Source: Antedon mediterranea
Taxonomy: Eukaryota; Animalia; Echinodermata
Assembly: GCF_964355755.1 (NCBI RefSeq)
Contig: NC_092678.1
Location: forward strand, 18,555,365-18,619,364
Direction of reading: 5' to 3'
DNA length: 64,000 nucleotides
Below are positions 37,575 through 49,600 of the stretch, piece by piece. The position numbers and the translations under genes were made by a program. The notes beneath the pieces are model-generated. The model had not been told where the DNA came from, searched no databases, and worked only from the letters and a program-made list of their open reading frames with translations. The stretch's first letter is position 1. Every line of letters begins with the position of its first letter.

Positions 37575-38605
37575 CTCATTGTTTTTTTTTAAATTATTGT
37601 TCAACAGTTCTTCCACTATTACCAGTTACAATCGTTGCAGCTGTTAATTTTAAAGGAAAATATTATTCAAATGAACATTGGTAAGTTTATCTAGTAATAA
37701 TCAAACGCCTTTGATTATTATTTCTTCAAATTTCTCCACAGCGGTTTCCGATAATGATTAAATTTACACAGAGCCATATAGTGTATATAGAGAGTTATGG
37801 CATTGCGTTCACGGATTTTAGAAAGTCACGTGGTGTGCACGCCGGCCATGTTTGTGTCCAACTATGCCTATGAAGCGTATGGAGTCGAATCATTTGCTTA
37901 AAAAATGTATAACATTCTCAGGGCTTTAAATATCGAATTTAATATCAAAACAATCAATTTGTTTAAAGGTTTTTGTTAAGATAATAACGAAATCATAAAG
38001 TTACTGCGAACATGATTTTAAACAACAACATGTAAAAACAATGCATTACTATAGAGAATCGCTGTACAAACTAAACGCACACGCGTAGAGCGTGCATGGA
38101 GCGCACAACCAGAACCGTTCCGAAATTGCTATTTTTGTTGTTTAAAATCATGTTCGCAGTAACTTTATAATTTTTTGTATTATTTTAACAAAAACCTTAA
38201 AACAAATTGATTGTTTTGATATTAAATTCGATAATTAAAGCCTTTTGAACGTTATACATTTTCAGAACAAAAGACTCAACTCCATACGCTACATAGGAAT
38301 AGACACAAACACGGCTTCTAATCCATTCGAAGTCGTAACTCTCTCTATACAGTATATGGCTCTGAATTTACAAGAACTAGCGCGCCCTCAATCTCATATT
38401 GGTTCCTGAACTATGAAGGAGACGCTGTTCGCCATGGGCCACCTTCAATTTCCCAATACTTATACTGTAGTTTAATTAAAACTTCTTTTTTTTTATTTTT
38501 AGTTGTTTTATGAAGCCTGGACCCACGTTATACGGTTGGATATTAGCCATCTCAGCCATCATCCTCGCGATTAATTTCGTCTTATACACACTAATCATTC
38601 GCACA
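37575..38605 (+). pseudogene. Orphan duplicate of aGPCR exon 13, intron 13 and the start of exon 14
   Basis: 37608-37680 matches 54551-54620 (in-frame 3-nt insertion, splice sites kept); 38503-38601 matches 54882-54980, then diverges to a stop. The intron is homologous but interrupted by a 596-bp MITE. Confidence 0.88.
37769..38364. mobile_element. Palindromic hAT-like MITE
   Basis: TIR CAGAGCCATATA; long internal inverted repeats; 8-bp TSD AATTTACA (37761-37768, 38365-38372); the empty site is visible in the paralogous intron at 54751. Confidence 0.9.
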
Positions 38606-38711
38606 CTCTGTTAATTACAGTCCTCTTCGTCTAAGTCCTGTTGCGTAAAGTTTCTAATGTCTCGGTTTCCTCAAGTATATATAGTGTTTTTATTACTTCG
38701 TCCCCCTTAAA

Positions 38712-39070
38712 GCTGTATTGTCCCCATGAAAAAATAATTCTTAAACAAATTTTGTTGAATATTCCCTTTTAATGTAACATAATATTTATTCACTTTGATC
38801 AAAAATTGGATTGGAAAAAAAATGTATTTACCTGAAAAAATGTAATTTAAAGCAAAAAATTGTCAAATTGGCTGCCAGCCAATGAATTTTTGGTTAAATT
38901 TAACAATTTAATTTGTCATTTTACAAGTGAAAACATTATTTTTCTTTTGATTTTTTCCTATGGAAGTGATTACAGTACCTTTATTAAAAATACAAAATAC
39001 TGTAACTTATTCATCAAGTCTAATATATTTAATATTTATTTTTTTTATGTTTTTGGGGGACAATCCAACT
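38712..39070. mobile_element. Divergent Kolobok-like MITE (related one at ~47872-48180)
   Basis: ttaaAGCTGTATTGTCCCC ... GGGGACAATCCAACTttaa. Confidence 0.6.
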
Positions 39071-39744
39071 TTAAAACTTACATTTCTAAATGCTGTTTCC
39101 CATTTCGAATGACAGAATGAAGTAGTAAAATATATGATTATCATTGATTATATTTTTATATTTTATATCGAATTCTCAATTCAAAAAGATACAAGTTGTT
39201 TGTAATTGTTTTAATTGTAATAGCTCTCATATATAAATTTGCTGATACATAATGCTGCTATTATAGTTAAATGATTATTGTATTTTGAATTACTTTATTA
39301 TTTTCGAAACCAAATAATGCTGTTTCACTCCTCATATTAATTTTTATGGAAAGTAATTATTTTATAAACTATTATTTTCCATAGACTATTAATTTGTATG
39401 CAATAGATGAAAACATGTTCTGTATCATCAGTCGTATTACATACATACGTCGTATAACAACTGTTATCGTTAGATTGACCAGTTTGTAATACCTCCCAAT
39501 ATTCCTGACATGTTAGGGAGTAACAGATTTGTGTGAGTATATGCTAAAGATTTTTGACGAGCATAACTCGACTAGATGTGGGTCAAAATTACCGTTCCAG
39601 TTGAAGTTGTTCTTCCATATATACGGAGTGTTCTATCGAAATTGTATATAATATCCAAATTGTATATATCTTTAAGTTTTATGATTGCTACTTCGATAAA
39701 TCTGGTATGAAAAAAAATGTTTCCATTATGAGTAATTCAATTCA

Positions 39745-41080
39745 ATTAAATTCAATTTCTTTTTATTTCGGAAATATCATCCGTATTAATAAACTTATAA
39801 ACAGAAAAGAAAACTCGTAAACTTCTCCATCTACAATACATTTTGGAGTTATGGAGCATATGTTTGTAAACACAAGCAACAATGATATTACCTCTAATCA
39901 ACATACGTTGCATGAAACTATAGGTAGATTTACGCATGTACTCATTAAAGGAAGGGACATCATGTTCAATAAACATTGTACTGGCAGCGATTTTTTTTTT
40001 CGTACATAAGTTGGGGACCCCTCATGAAACGTCACAAAATAAACATGAATAATTCATCAGTTAAATTTGTTGTTCCGTGTGCACCCAAGCGTATAGCAAC
40101 AAGAAGTGATTACACAACTGCGATACGATACTTTCTACAGTAGGCCTAGGATTCTAAGTCAATTCACGTGATTGCCTTCGCGCACTCTTCTTCACATAAA
40201 ATGTGTCGAGTCGAGGCTAATCGACAGCTAGGCAAGACATTAAACTAAGTAGTAATTCATTGGACGTAGCCCAAAGAAAGCTTAGACCCACAAGAATAAA
40301 GAATGTGTATAATTTGTGTACTGTATTTTTTTAATTCTGCTATTTTATTATCAAACAATATGCATGTACTCAAAGGAACTTTAAAAATGCGCGTATATGA
40401 ACACATGAGATGGGAAGATTTGACCCACGAGAATAAAAAATGTATTTTTGTGTAATGTTTATTGTTTAATTTTGCTGACTTATTACTCGGATTGTGTCAT
40501 ACCAAAGATAGTGTAACTATCTTTGGTCATACCTAACACACACACGTCACACAACACACCCACACAGCTACTACTAGAATAGACATGGGTTTAGAGACTA
40601 ATAATTAGGCCTAATAGTATTAATAGAAACTATAATTTTAACACGTAATTCTTTAGTAATAAATTATATTAAAAACACCATAAACTAAAGGCTGATTATT
40701 TCGACAATCCACACAAAACGCCGCTATTCTTCTATGAAATCGCACGCCGCAACAACAGCGGAGATAGGCCTAGAATCGTACCGCACTCTTGTGTAATCAC
40801 TTCTTGTTGCTATACGCTTGGGTGCACACGGAACAAGAAAATTTAACTGATGAATTATTCATGTTTATTATTTGTGACGTTTCATGAGGGGGTCCCCAAC
40901 TTATGTACGAAAAAAAAATCGCGTACTGGCACTACTACTTCTAGAGACATTACGTATGCGGCGCAGAGCATTATTGTAGCATACATTAAGAGATCTAATA
41001 GTCTTCATACGATAGTTACACCAAAGGGCTGCACAATACATATTAATACAGTAAGATCTAAAGTGACAACATTTAACATT
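39745..41080 (-). mobile_element. L2-like LINE 3' fragment split by a MULE-like insertion
   Basis: The reading frame YCAALWCNY...YNNALRRIRNVSRSSSAST|MFIEHDVPSFNEYMRKSTYSF is continuous once 39987-40931 is removed. Confidence 0.8.
39987..40922. mobile_element. Non-autonomous Mutator-like (MULE) DNA transposon
   Basis: ~130-bp TIRs starting GCGATTTTTTTT..CGTACATAAGTTGGGGACCCC; perfect 9-bp TSD GTACTGGCA (39978-39986, 40923-40931). Confidence 0.85.
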
Positions 41081-41174
41081 TGTAGAGCATTTTATAAATT
41101 TGCAATTTGTATTGTTTCAAATGGTTTGATAGGATTATATGTTTTGTCTATGTCAAAACATTTATTAAATTTGA

Positions 41175-41455
41175 ACCATGAGCAAGGTGGAGCACTTTTA
41201 ATCCACCTAATTCATATTCGCTGGTCGTTGTGCCTCTTTTAACCCCCTCGGATCTATTCCAAATAAATATTTAAAATGTTTTGTTTATCTTTTTCACGAT
41301 CTCATCAGATAGGACAATGGTTAAAGCACTGTAAGTTAGTTTGGATGCTAACAAAGATTTAACTACTATGTTTCTGCCAATCATTTATAGGTTTCTACCT
41401 TTCCATGCTCTAATCGAACATTCAATTTTTTGCATTGTATTTTCCCAATTACATT
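41175..41455 (-). mobile_element. L1/Tx1-clade LINE relic
   Basis: NWENTMQKIECSIRAWKGRNL*MIGRNIVVKSLLASKLTY...FIWN...GGLKV, the typical post-RT region of L1/Tx1, with in-frame stops. Confidence 0.8.
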
Positions 41456-43630
41456 TTATTTTTTCAAGTGGTATAGACTTTAATATAATTGTTAGTTTTC
41501 ACATTCCATTCAATTTTTCCAATTTCCGATACGTTGTCCGTCTGAGAATCTATCCACACCGCTTCACCTTTTCATTAGAAGGGGTTTATGACCGTTCTAC
41601 TTTTAGAGTTATATCTTCCTCTTCGAAGAAAATAGGCGCAGCTTTTGTCGGTTTATTCAGGTAAGCGGAAAATTGTCTAGACTATTATTAACCGTTTCTT
41701 TATTGTAATTAGTAAGTTCACAAGCCATATCAATTTGCTCGATATATTTCCTTCTTCCCAGAGTACAAAAACATTTGACGGGCATTATAATAGGCCTACT
41801 ATTAGTAGCTATGTCAATGTAATTGAAACTAGGCCGGCTAAATCGTTATATTTTCCTTAGTTTGTAGACACTGTTTATACGTAATGTTATAAAAATAGCC
41901 AACATTTCTTTTTTGATTCGCTCAGTATACAATTGATGTGGGTACGGGTATTAGTAGAAAAATGAAGCTTTGGGTTTGAGGACCTAGAACTTAAGAATAA
42001 GTTAGGGCCGGTCCTTTTCTTACCAAAAGTGTTGATCGATAATCCGCCGCAAGAATTATTAGTATTACCATGTCTGGACGTTTCGCAACACGTGTTGAAA
42101 CGAAACGACAAGGGAAATCCAACCCTACACCCCGAAAGCGTCCATGGTTCGAATAGACCCGGAACCCGTTCATGGGTCGGATCGATTGAGAATGCATGTA
42201 TGTTACCAGGGAAGAGTTAAGTTACTGGTATTACACAGTTGATGATATAGATAAAAAATGAATCTATTCTGATGAAAATATTCGTATGAATTGAACTACA
42301 ATGCTATGAAAAATACTCTGCCTCTGGCACAATAGTACGTTTATAATTGTTAAAGGTCAAACTAGTCAATGTTAGTTCGGTGTACTTTAATCAATCAAAC
42401 TATTACAAAACAACATTCATTGTACAGTAAAGTTAACGTAGGTGTACATTCCTCGTATTGAAACATTATAAAGACTCATTGTCACGAGTGTGTGCGAATT
42501 AATGGGCTCGAATGCACCTTCAGATTTTTACACTTTAAAAAGGTTATTGACTGATCCATATTTAATCAACCTGTAGGGCGCGCCGTCTATAAAGATTTTA
42601 CTTCGCGTACAATGTTTAAGCACTGTTTTAACACTGCTTTTTGAACGGCATAGCTTCCTAGCCTAGTTTTCGTCACTGATTTACCTTTTTTAGAACATTG
42701 AGTGTGTTTTAAAACAAATAGGCCTAACTAATGTTTTGTATTCCTTTAAAGAGAACATTTCATTCACTAAAATATTACTGTACCTGATTTTATTTAACTA
42801 GACCCCGCCTCGTTGTTAAGAACAGTCAATCTTTCAACACGTAAAATATTCTCATTATTCAACTCATAAACATTCACTACTTGATACGTAATTTATAACC
42901 AATAATAGGAGAAGTTAAAGGCGTTAAAAATAAATTTAATGATAAGTTCATAGTTCATTTCTCAGTGTTTTAGGCACTACCCAATTCCCTATTTTAAATT
43001 CTATATCAGCCATTGATATGTCTGGAAAGAATGGGTAATGCATTTAAGGAACTACTTTTACAGTAGATTTAAAATCCTGAACTCAATCTGATATATTTGG
43101 TTTTGTGGTTAGGGTATAGCAGCCTGGTTTATTAACCTGGATTATGGTATATTGCCTGAACATTGACATATCATTGTCATTCATTATTCAACTTTGCTGT
43201 AGTACCCACTTTAAATCTATTTGGTTTTGTGGTTAGGGTATAGTAACCGGGTCCATTAACCTGGTCTATAACCTGGATTATGGTATATTGCCTGAACATT
43301 GACATATCATTTTCATTCATTTTTCAACTTTAGTACCCACTTTAAATCTCACGCAATATTACAAAAAACTCTTTGAAAAGCTGTAAATTGAATTTACACT
43401 CAATAAACAATTAAGAATGGGAACCGTGACACAATAACAACAATACATTATAATAATAAGCTATTAGGTCCTATAAATAAAATGATGACTATTGGCCAAT
43501 AACATGGTGCCATTCATGTAGCATGTAGTCGACTAACTTTAAACAAAAAGCTGATTATCATTTAGAGGTTGTAGTCTAGTAAGATTTTTATTCATAATAC
43601 TGGCAGACTAATTTTGTTTAAACATACAAA

Positions 43631-46600
43631 ATGAAAGCTACTACTTATTTATTTTCATGGATAGTGTTTTATTTGGCAAATTTTACGGTGCGTGGCCAAA
43701 AAGTAACAGGTAAGGGTAGGCCTACAGTAGCCTCTACAGTATTTTTATTCAATCAAATAAAAGGTCCACTTTTCTGGAGATACACATTTATTCGACCATT
43801 GTGGTCTAAACATTATGTATTTCTACATTGAATGAATACATTATTCTGTAGCCTCACGCTTGTTTTGAATTTCTGACGGCGTGTTTAATACTGATCTAGA
43901 ACATTTTTAGAAATACCATAAGCGTATCATATCTATCATGACATATGCAGTGGTTCATCAGGTTTGTGGCAGGTTTGACTGGTAGGGTACCGAGACGGAG
44001 TTTTAAATGATTTGATTTGTCTGTCTACTTTACATATAAACATAACATAGCATATATTTATTCGTTATATAATTTCTTTCTCTGATGTACAAATAATTTG
44101 TTTACAGGATGGATTCCAGTGTTTAAGGGTGTGTCTGGAGCTGGAGAACCAGATCTGTACGATCTATGGACAGGGAGCACATCGCTTAATGAACTGAATG
44201 ACTCTGTTCGTGCTCTTGACGCAAACATAAAAGCACACTTCAAAAGTCCATTGGTAGAAAGATGGTCTAAATTTCAAGTTCGAAAGGTAATCTTTGTAAT
44301 CATAATTATTCGAATCTTTAATTTGAATATAATATATATTTTAACAATACATAAATTATGGTGTTCCTTTTTGGATTTAGTAAATTCAATAGTTTATAAG
44401 CATAACAGGCATGTTGATATAAAGTTTGTGGTAGGCTACACCAACTTGACGTTTCGATCAATATATACTATTTATTTTAATCGAGCAAGAATGGAAACTG
44501 AAAATATAAGTGAAATTTGATGGGACTGGTGGTAAAGCTAAAACAATAGCAAGGTTCACAGTGGAAGGGATTGAAACAAAGACGACGCGTCTAGACAGGT
44601 TGTGAAATGTAAACTTGCCAAAAACTATGGCATGGTGTACTGTCGATGTAGATTCTTGTTGAACAAAGATAGCCAAATATTACTAATAACAAATCCAATA
44701 CCTTGATGAAAGGTATTGTGTTTGTATATTTCCAATAGCTTCTCTGGTGCGAAAACTGTTTTGTATAGTATTGTGGTAAGGAGGTTGAGTGTGACGTGTG
44801 ACGTCACGGCCTGAAAAATTACATTTTTAAAACCAAAGAAACACAATTTCGGTGTAAATTTAATGTTGAATGACCAGTGATCTCTACTCCCTCCGGTTGA
44901 CTTGTCGATCAATAGATATAAGGAATGTTTCATTAATTACTGAATTTTTTGATACGCAAATGAAGTTAATTTAGTGGTCTTTGATTGCACGCGTCGCGTA
45001 TGAAGCGATTTCCGGTCAGTTAAGTTGCATCTAGGTAAACTAATTCCTTAATTTGAAAATAACCATAGAAATTATAAACATTTCAATGAAGGTAAAGACA
45101 AAATGAATGTCTATTTGACGATGAAGAAGTATATTAAATATATTTTATCATCTACTAAAAAAGCTAAAGGAACTGATGGAATTCCTGCTAGACTCATAAA
45201 AATGACAATCAACTCAATTGTACTAATTGTGACGCCACGTAATGACACTAAAACCTCGCATTGGTGTGATACAAACATGCGTTTCGCAAATGAAAAAGTT
45301 GTTAGTAGAGAGCTTTACAAAACACATCGGTTTAGCTTCATGAACACACAGTAGTGGGTTAAGGCTAAATATCAGTGTCTTCGTGAAAACACAAAAAAAA
45401 AACATTTCACGTGCGTAGTGCACGTTAATGTCACTTCGTGGCGTCACTGAACTATTACGTTCTTAATCAATTCATCTCTATCAATCAGTGGCTTTCCAAG
45501 TATTAATGTAATTTCTTCTCTGGTTGAAGCTATTGTAAAGCTACTACAAAGGGTGTGTAGTAGTAGGCTTGCCACTTGGTGGCTTATTTCCGCATCACAT
45601 GTCGTTCCGTATTAGTTCAAAACAGTTTAATGGTTACATTTTAATTCTATTATACGGCAGCTTAAAAATAAAACTTTGCTTTGTGTCAACGCGAGGTTGA
45701 TTGTTGCGCATTCTAAATCAACTTCTGTGCACCGTGTTGAGCCGTGAAATGTGCAAAAAGTCACATGTTTGCAAACAATAATAATAATAATAATAATAAA
45801 AATAATATTTATTTCCACAAATAATAAAGCAAAATACAGAGGAGCATAATACTGTAAATATACAACTGATAATGAACATAAATAATATAATGCAAGAAAA
45901 GAAGTTGGTAAATGGAAAAGGGACGCCACAGCAAGCAAGCTTTAATTTGGGCGCCCCTTTCAATAGTGAAACAACTTAAACTTTAACATTTTAAAATATT
46001 GATATTAATTATTATAAAAACAAAAATTGATAATTCAGTTATATGCGATTACAAATTAAACAATTTTCATAACATAAACACCTATTTACATTGTTCCTGT
46101 ATTCACAATCACATTTGTGGAAACATGTTGCCTTCAAATGTGCTATCTGAAAGTAGCCTTTTCAATGGCCTAGCACCGCTGACATTGACTAAAGATGAAA
46201 GCAGTGGACTTATGATGTACTCTGACATTTTCCCAGTTATAAAAATGATATTCATTCATTCATTCATTTATTCGGTCAAAATCAACATACAATACATGAT
46301 TACATACAATACAAAAAGTTAAAACCTAAGACTCACAATTAAAAAGAGGGAAAAAATGTTATAAACAATCTAAAACAATGCAAATGTCTAAAATGATGGT
46401 TAAAAAATGGCTTTAAAATGGTTTTAAAATGGCATAAAATACAGCATTAAAACAGAATACCGTTCAGTACCATAGTTTAAAAAAGTCATTAAAAATACAA
46501 GTTATAAAAAGACAATAGAATATTAAAAAGCGTTCAGTTAAAAAGTAAGCAGCAGAATAAAGTTATAAACATTAAGAATAAAAGAGTTGATGTGCTACTT

Positions 46601-49600
46601 TAAACAGTGGGCTAGACCAACACCACAGAAAAAGTTTGAAAACGGAATCTCAATATTTTCACATGTGATAGTACGTTTCTAAAAACAAACGTTTGTTATA
46701 ATATGTACATCTTCTACTAAAGGTTAAAATCAGTTTCTATGCAAATGGAGAAGAGGCGGCTTTTATCGAATTCGATGGTGCATCTACAGATAAAAACAAC
46801 TGGTTCGCCAAAAAGAGAGTGGGACACAGTTCGTTTGGAGATTTGAAGCAAGCATCAACAAATTATTTCTCAATCAAAGGGTATGTTTTTACCTCCGTCA
46901 TGGTCAAAGATCAAGGTCCACAAAAAATCCACAACTCTGTAGTGTGCAGTTAGCCTATTTACTTTAGAACCAATAAAAAAAAATGTAAAAAAAAAACATT
47001 TTCAGGGGGCATTTTATGTAGGGGAATTTTACAGTAGGCGGAGGTTTGTACTCTCGGAGTACCCTCTAAAGTGTTGTTTGTTTTTTTTTTCTTTCATTGA
47101 CCTTCTTCCTTAATGTACCTCTTCTCGCTCTGTGGGCAAATGACCTTTATTTTGTCAATATTTTTTGTGAATTTTAACTATTTATCTATCCCAGAAGAAA
47201 TGTTATTTAACCTAAAATACAAAACAACTTTTTGAAATTGTCGATTACGTCATGCTCATAGTCAAGATCCCTATGTATTTTCGTGTGCAAATTATGGTAG
47301 GAAAGTGTAAACATTGTGTTTTATGAATATTTAAAGCATGCTGGTTATAAAAATTCATGTTGTCAAATTTCTAAAAGTTATCTTTGACCCCGATATCTTT
47401 GCAACGCATAGATTAAACTTTGACCTGAACTAGTAGTACACATTCCTATATCTCAAAAAACTATTGGCAATGAAATGTATAACAAAAAGATCTTCGCGAA
47501 ATTACTTGATTTTAAGTAGGCCTAAACACATCCATTTTTGCAGTTTTGCTTGTAGTTTTACACTCAAATATCAAGTTATAACTTTATAATTAATTTTGTT
47601 GTTGAAAATGTGGTATTGAAGAAAGAAAGATACAATACCAAAAATGCGCTTCTATTTCAGAGATTTAGACGCTCCTTTAAATAGACATTTCTTTTCTAAC
47701 AAAAACTATGGCGGTTGTGGTTATGACTTTGGATGGACTGTCGTGGTAACCCAAGATGGAGATTGTACATGGGAAAGGAAACAAACTGATTACCCTTTGA
47801 TCTTGTACTCACCCGTACCCGAGGGCGTACTTTGGCAATCTAGTAAGTACTTTGAAAATGTTTTAAGACACGTAAGATACATTGTCCCCTAAAAACATGA
47901 AAAATAAAGATTAGTTAAATCAGACTTTTAATAGGTAATTTTGTAGTTTTAATAAAATAATAATTTGTTTCACTAATTATAACATGACAAAATACAATTA
48001 AATTGTTAAATTCTATCAAAACCCAATTTGTCTATTTTTTGCTTTAGATCACGTTTTTTCAGGAAAGCACATTTTAGTTGGATCCAATTTTTTGTTAAAA
48101 TATTATGTGACAGTAAAATAGCGTATTCAACAAAAATGTTTTGAACAATTATTTTTTTTCAGAGGGACAGTACATCCTTAGGCATAATCTTAATGCTAAG
48201 TCAAAAGTAATATTTATTTCTCTTCTAAGTTTATAATAGATTACAATAATTTGGGGAGGGACAAAATAAAAAAAAAAGAGCAAAGCTTTTGTGAGAGGCA
48301 GGCCATAAAGTATTACGTCATAAAATAATACAGGAGGATGAAATATACAGGATTAAAAACATGCACCTTTTAGCCACGTACAAGCCTTCATAGCCCGCTC
48401 TTCAGACTTACGGTCTGATCGAAATTGGGTTACTGTATGTACTTTACTCGATGTTACATCGCAATTTTATACACTAAGATGATAACATACATTAAGATAG
48501 CAATTTATATTTTTTTCAAGCTAAACATACCAATAATTTATTTTATAATTATATACAGATAAACCAGGTATTGCAGATTTTATGGCCATTTTCTTAGAAT
48601 TTGCAGGTAATTTATTTCACAGTAATAATGATTTCCAACAAGTGTATTAACATGGGATGAACTCTACTGTACGGTGTACTTTTGAAATAAAACAAAAATA
48701 TGTATAATTACACTGTTGTAATATTTAGACTTAGCATGTCTAAAAGTTGATATTATCAGTGCATTTTGATTGATTGATTAATCTAGTAGACCGACTAAAT
48801 TCTTTGATATTCGTTAAATAATCGTTTAATTTTTCTTATAGATTCTTGCCCACATGAGGCTGTAATATTAAATGGTGTGACTTACACATTCGAAGCATCT
48901 CCGGCAGATTTTTTGGCTCATTCTCTAGAGTTGTGTAGCTTTGATAACAGTAAGTTTAAATATAAATCCATTAGTCAATATTTTAGAGAGCTTTTATCTA
49001 TTTTATTTTATCGTATACAAAATATATAAATCATAAAATCAGCGAAGATTATAATACTCTAATATTACTCGACAGATCCACTGGCTCTACGCATGTGTAA
49101 TGGAGGCGTCTGGGAAGGAATACTTGTGGAACCTTGCGCAAGCAATTCCATCAGTAATCTGGCAAAGGTAAGTATCTCTATCTTGTTGATATAAATGTGC
49201 GGTACACCACGTGTGTTATTTCTGAAAAGAACTGTTTAGTTTCTCGACGCTTCGATCAATATGCTTTGATCGTCCTCAGGAGTAGTGTGAAATGATTCTC
49301 ACAATGGATAATCAAAGCATATTGTTTGTTACATATTGTTTGTAATGACTATCTTAAAGATGTATTGTCCCTTTGTCAAATTTAAAAAAAAAAAAAAAAA
49401 GATTTAAAAAAAAAGTGGGTCATTTTGAAGTATCATAATAGTTATTAATTTTCACCAAAAATGAGTTGGAAAAAAATCATATAACTGAAATACAGACGTT
49501 TTTTGGTTCAAAAAATAACTTTAACTTCCAGTCAAAGTTTTATATCAAAACATTTCTCATAATGCAACGTGCTTATTTGGCTACTCTGTAGGCATAATCA

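Noticed and set aside
41887-42220. RPDMVI motif suggesting a restriction-like endonuclease of a non-LTR element
   Set aside because: Only a short motif; the surrounding conserved residues are not found.
48372-48410. Further hammerhead-like motif on the - strand (CUGAAGA...)
   Set aside because: GAAA core is missing and stem II is imperfect; at most a decayed relic.
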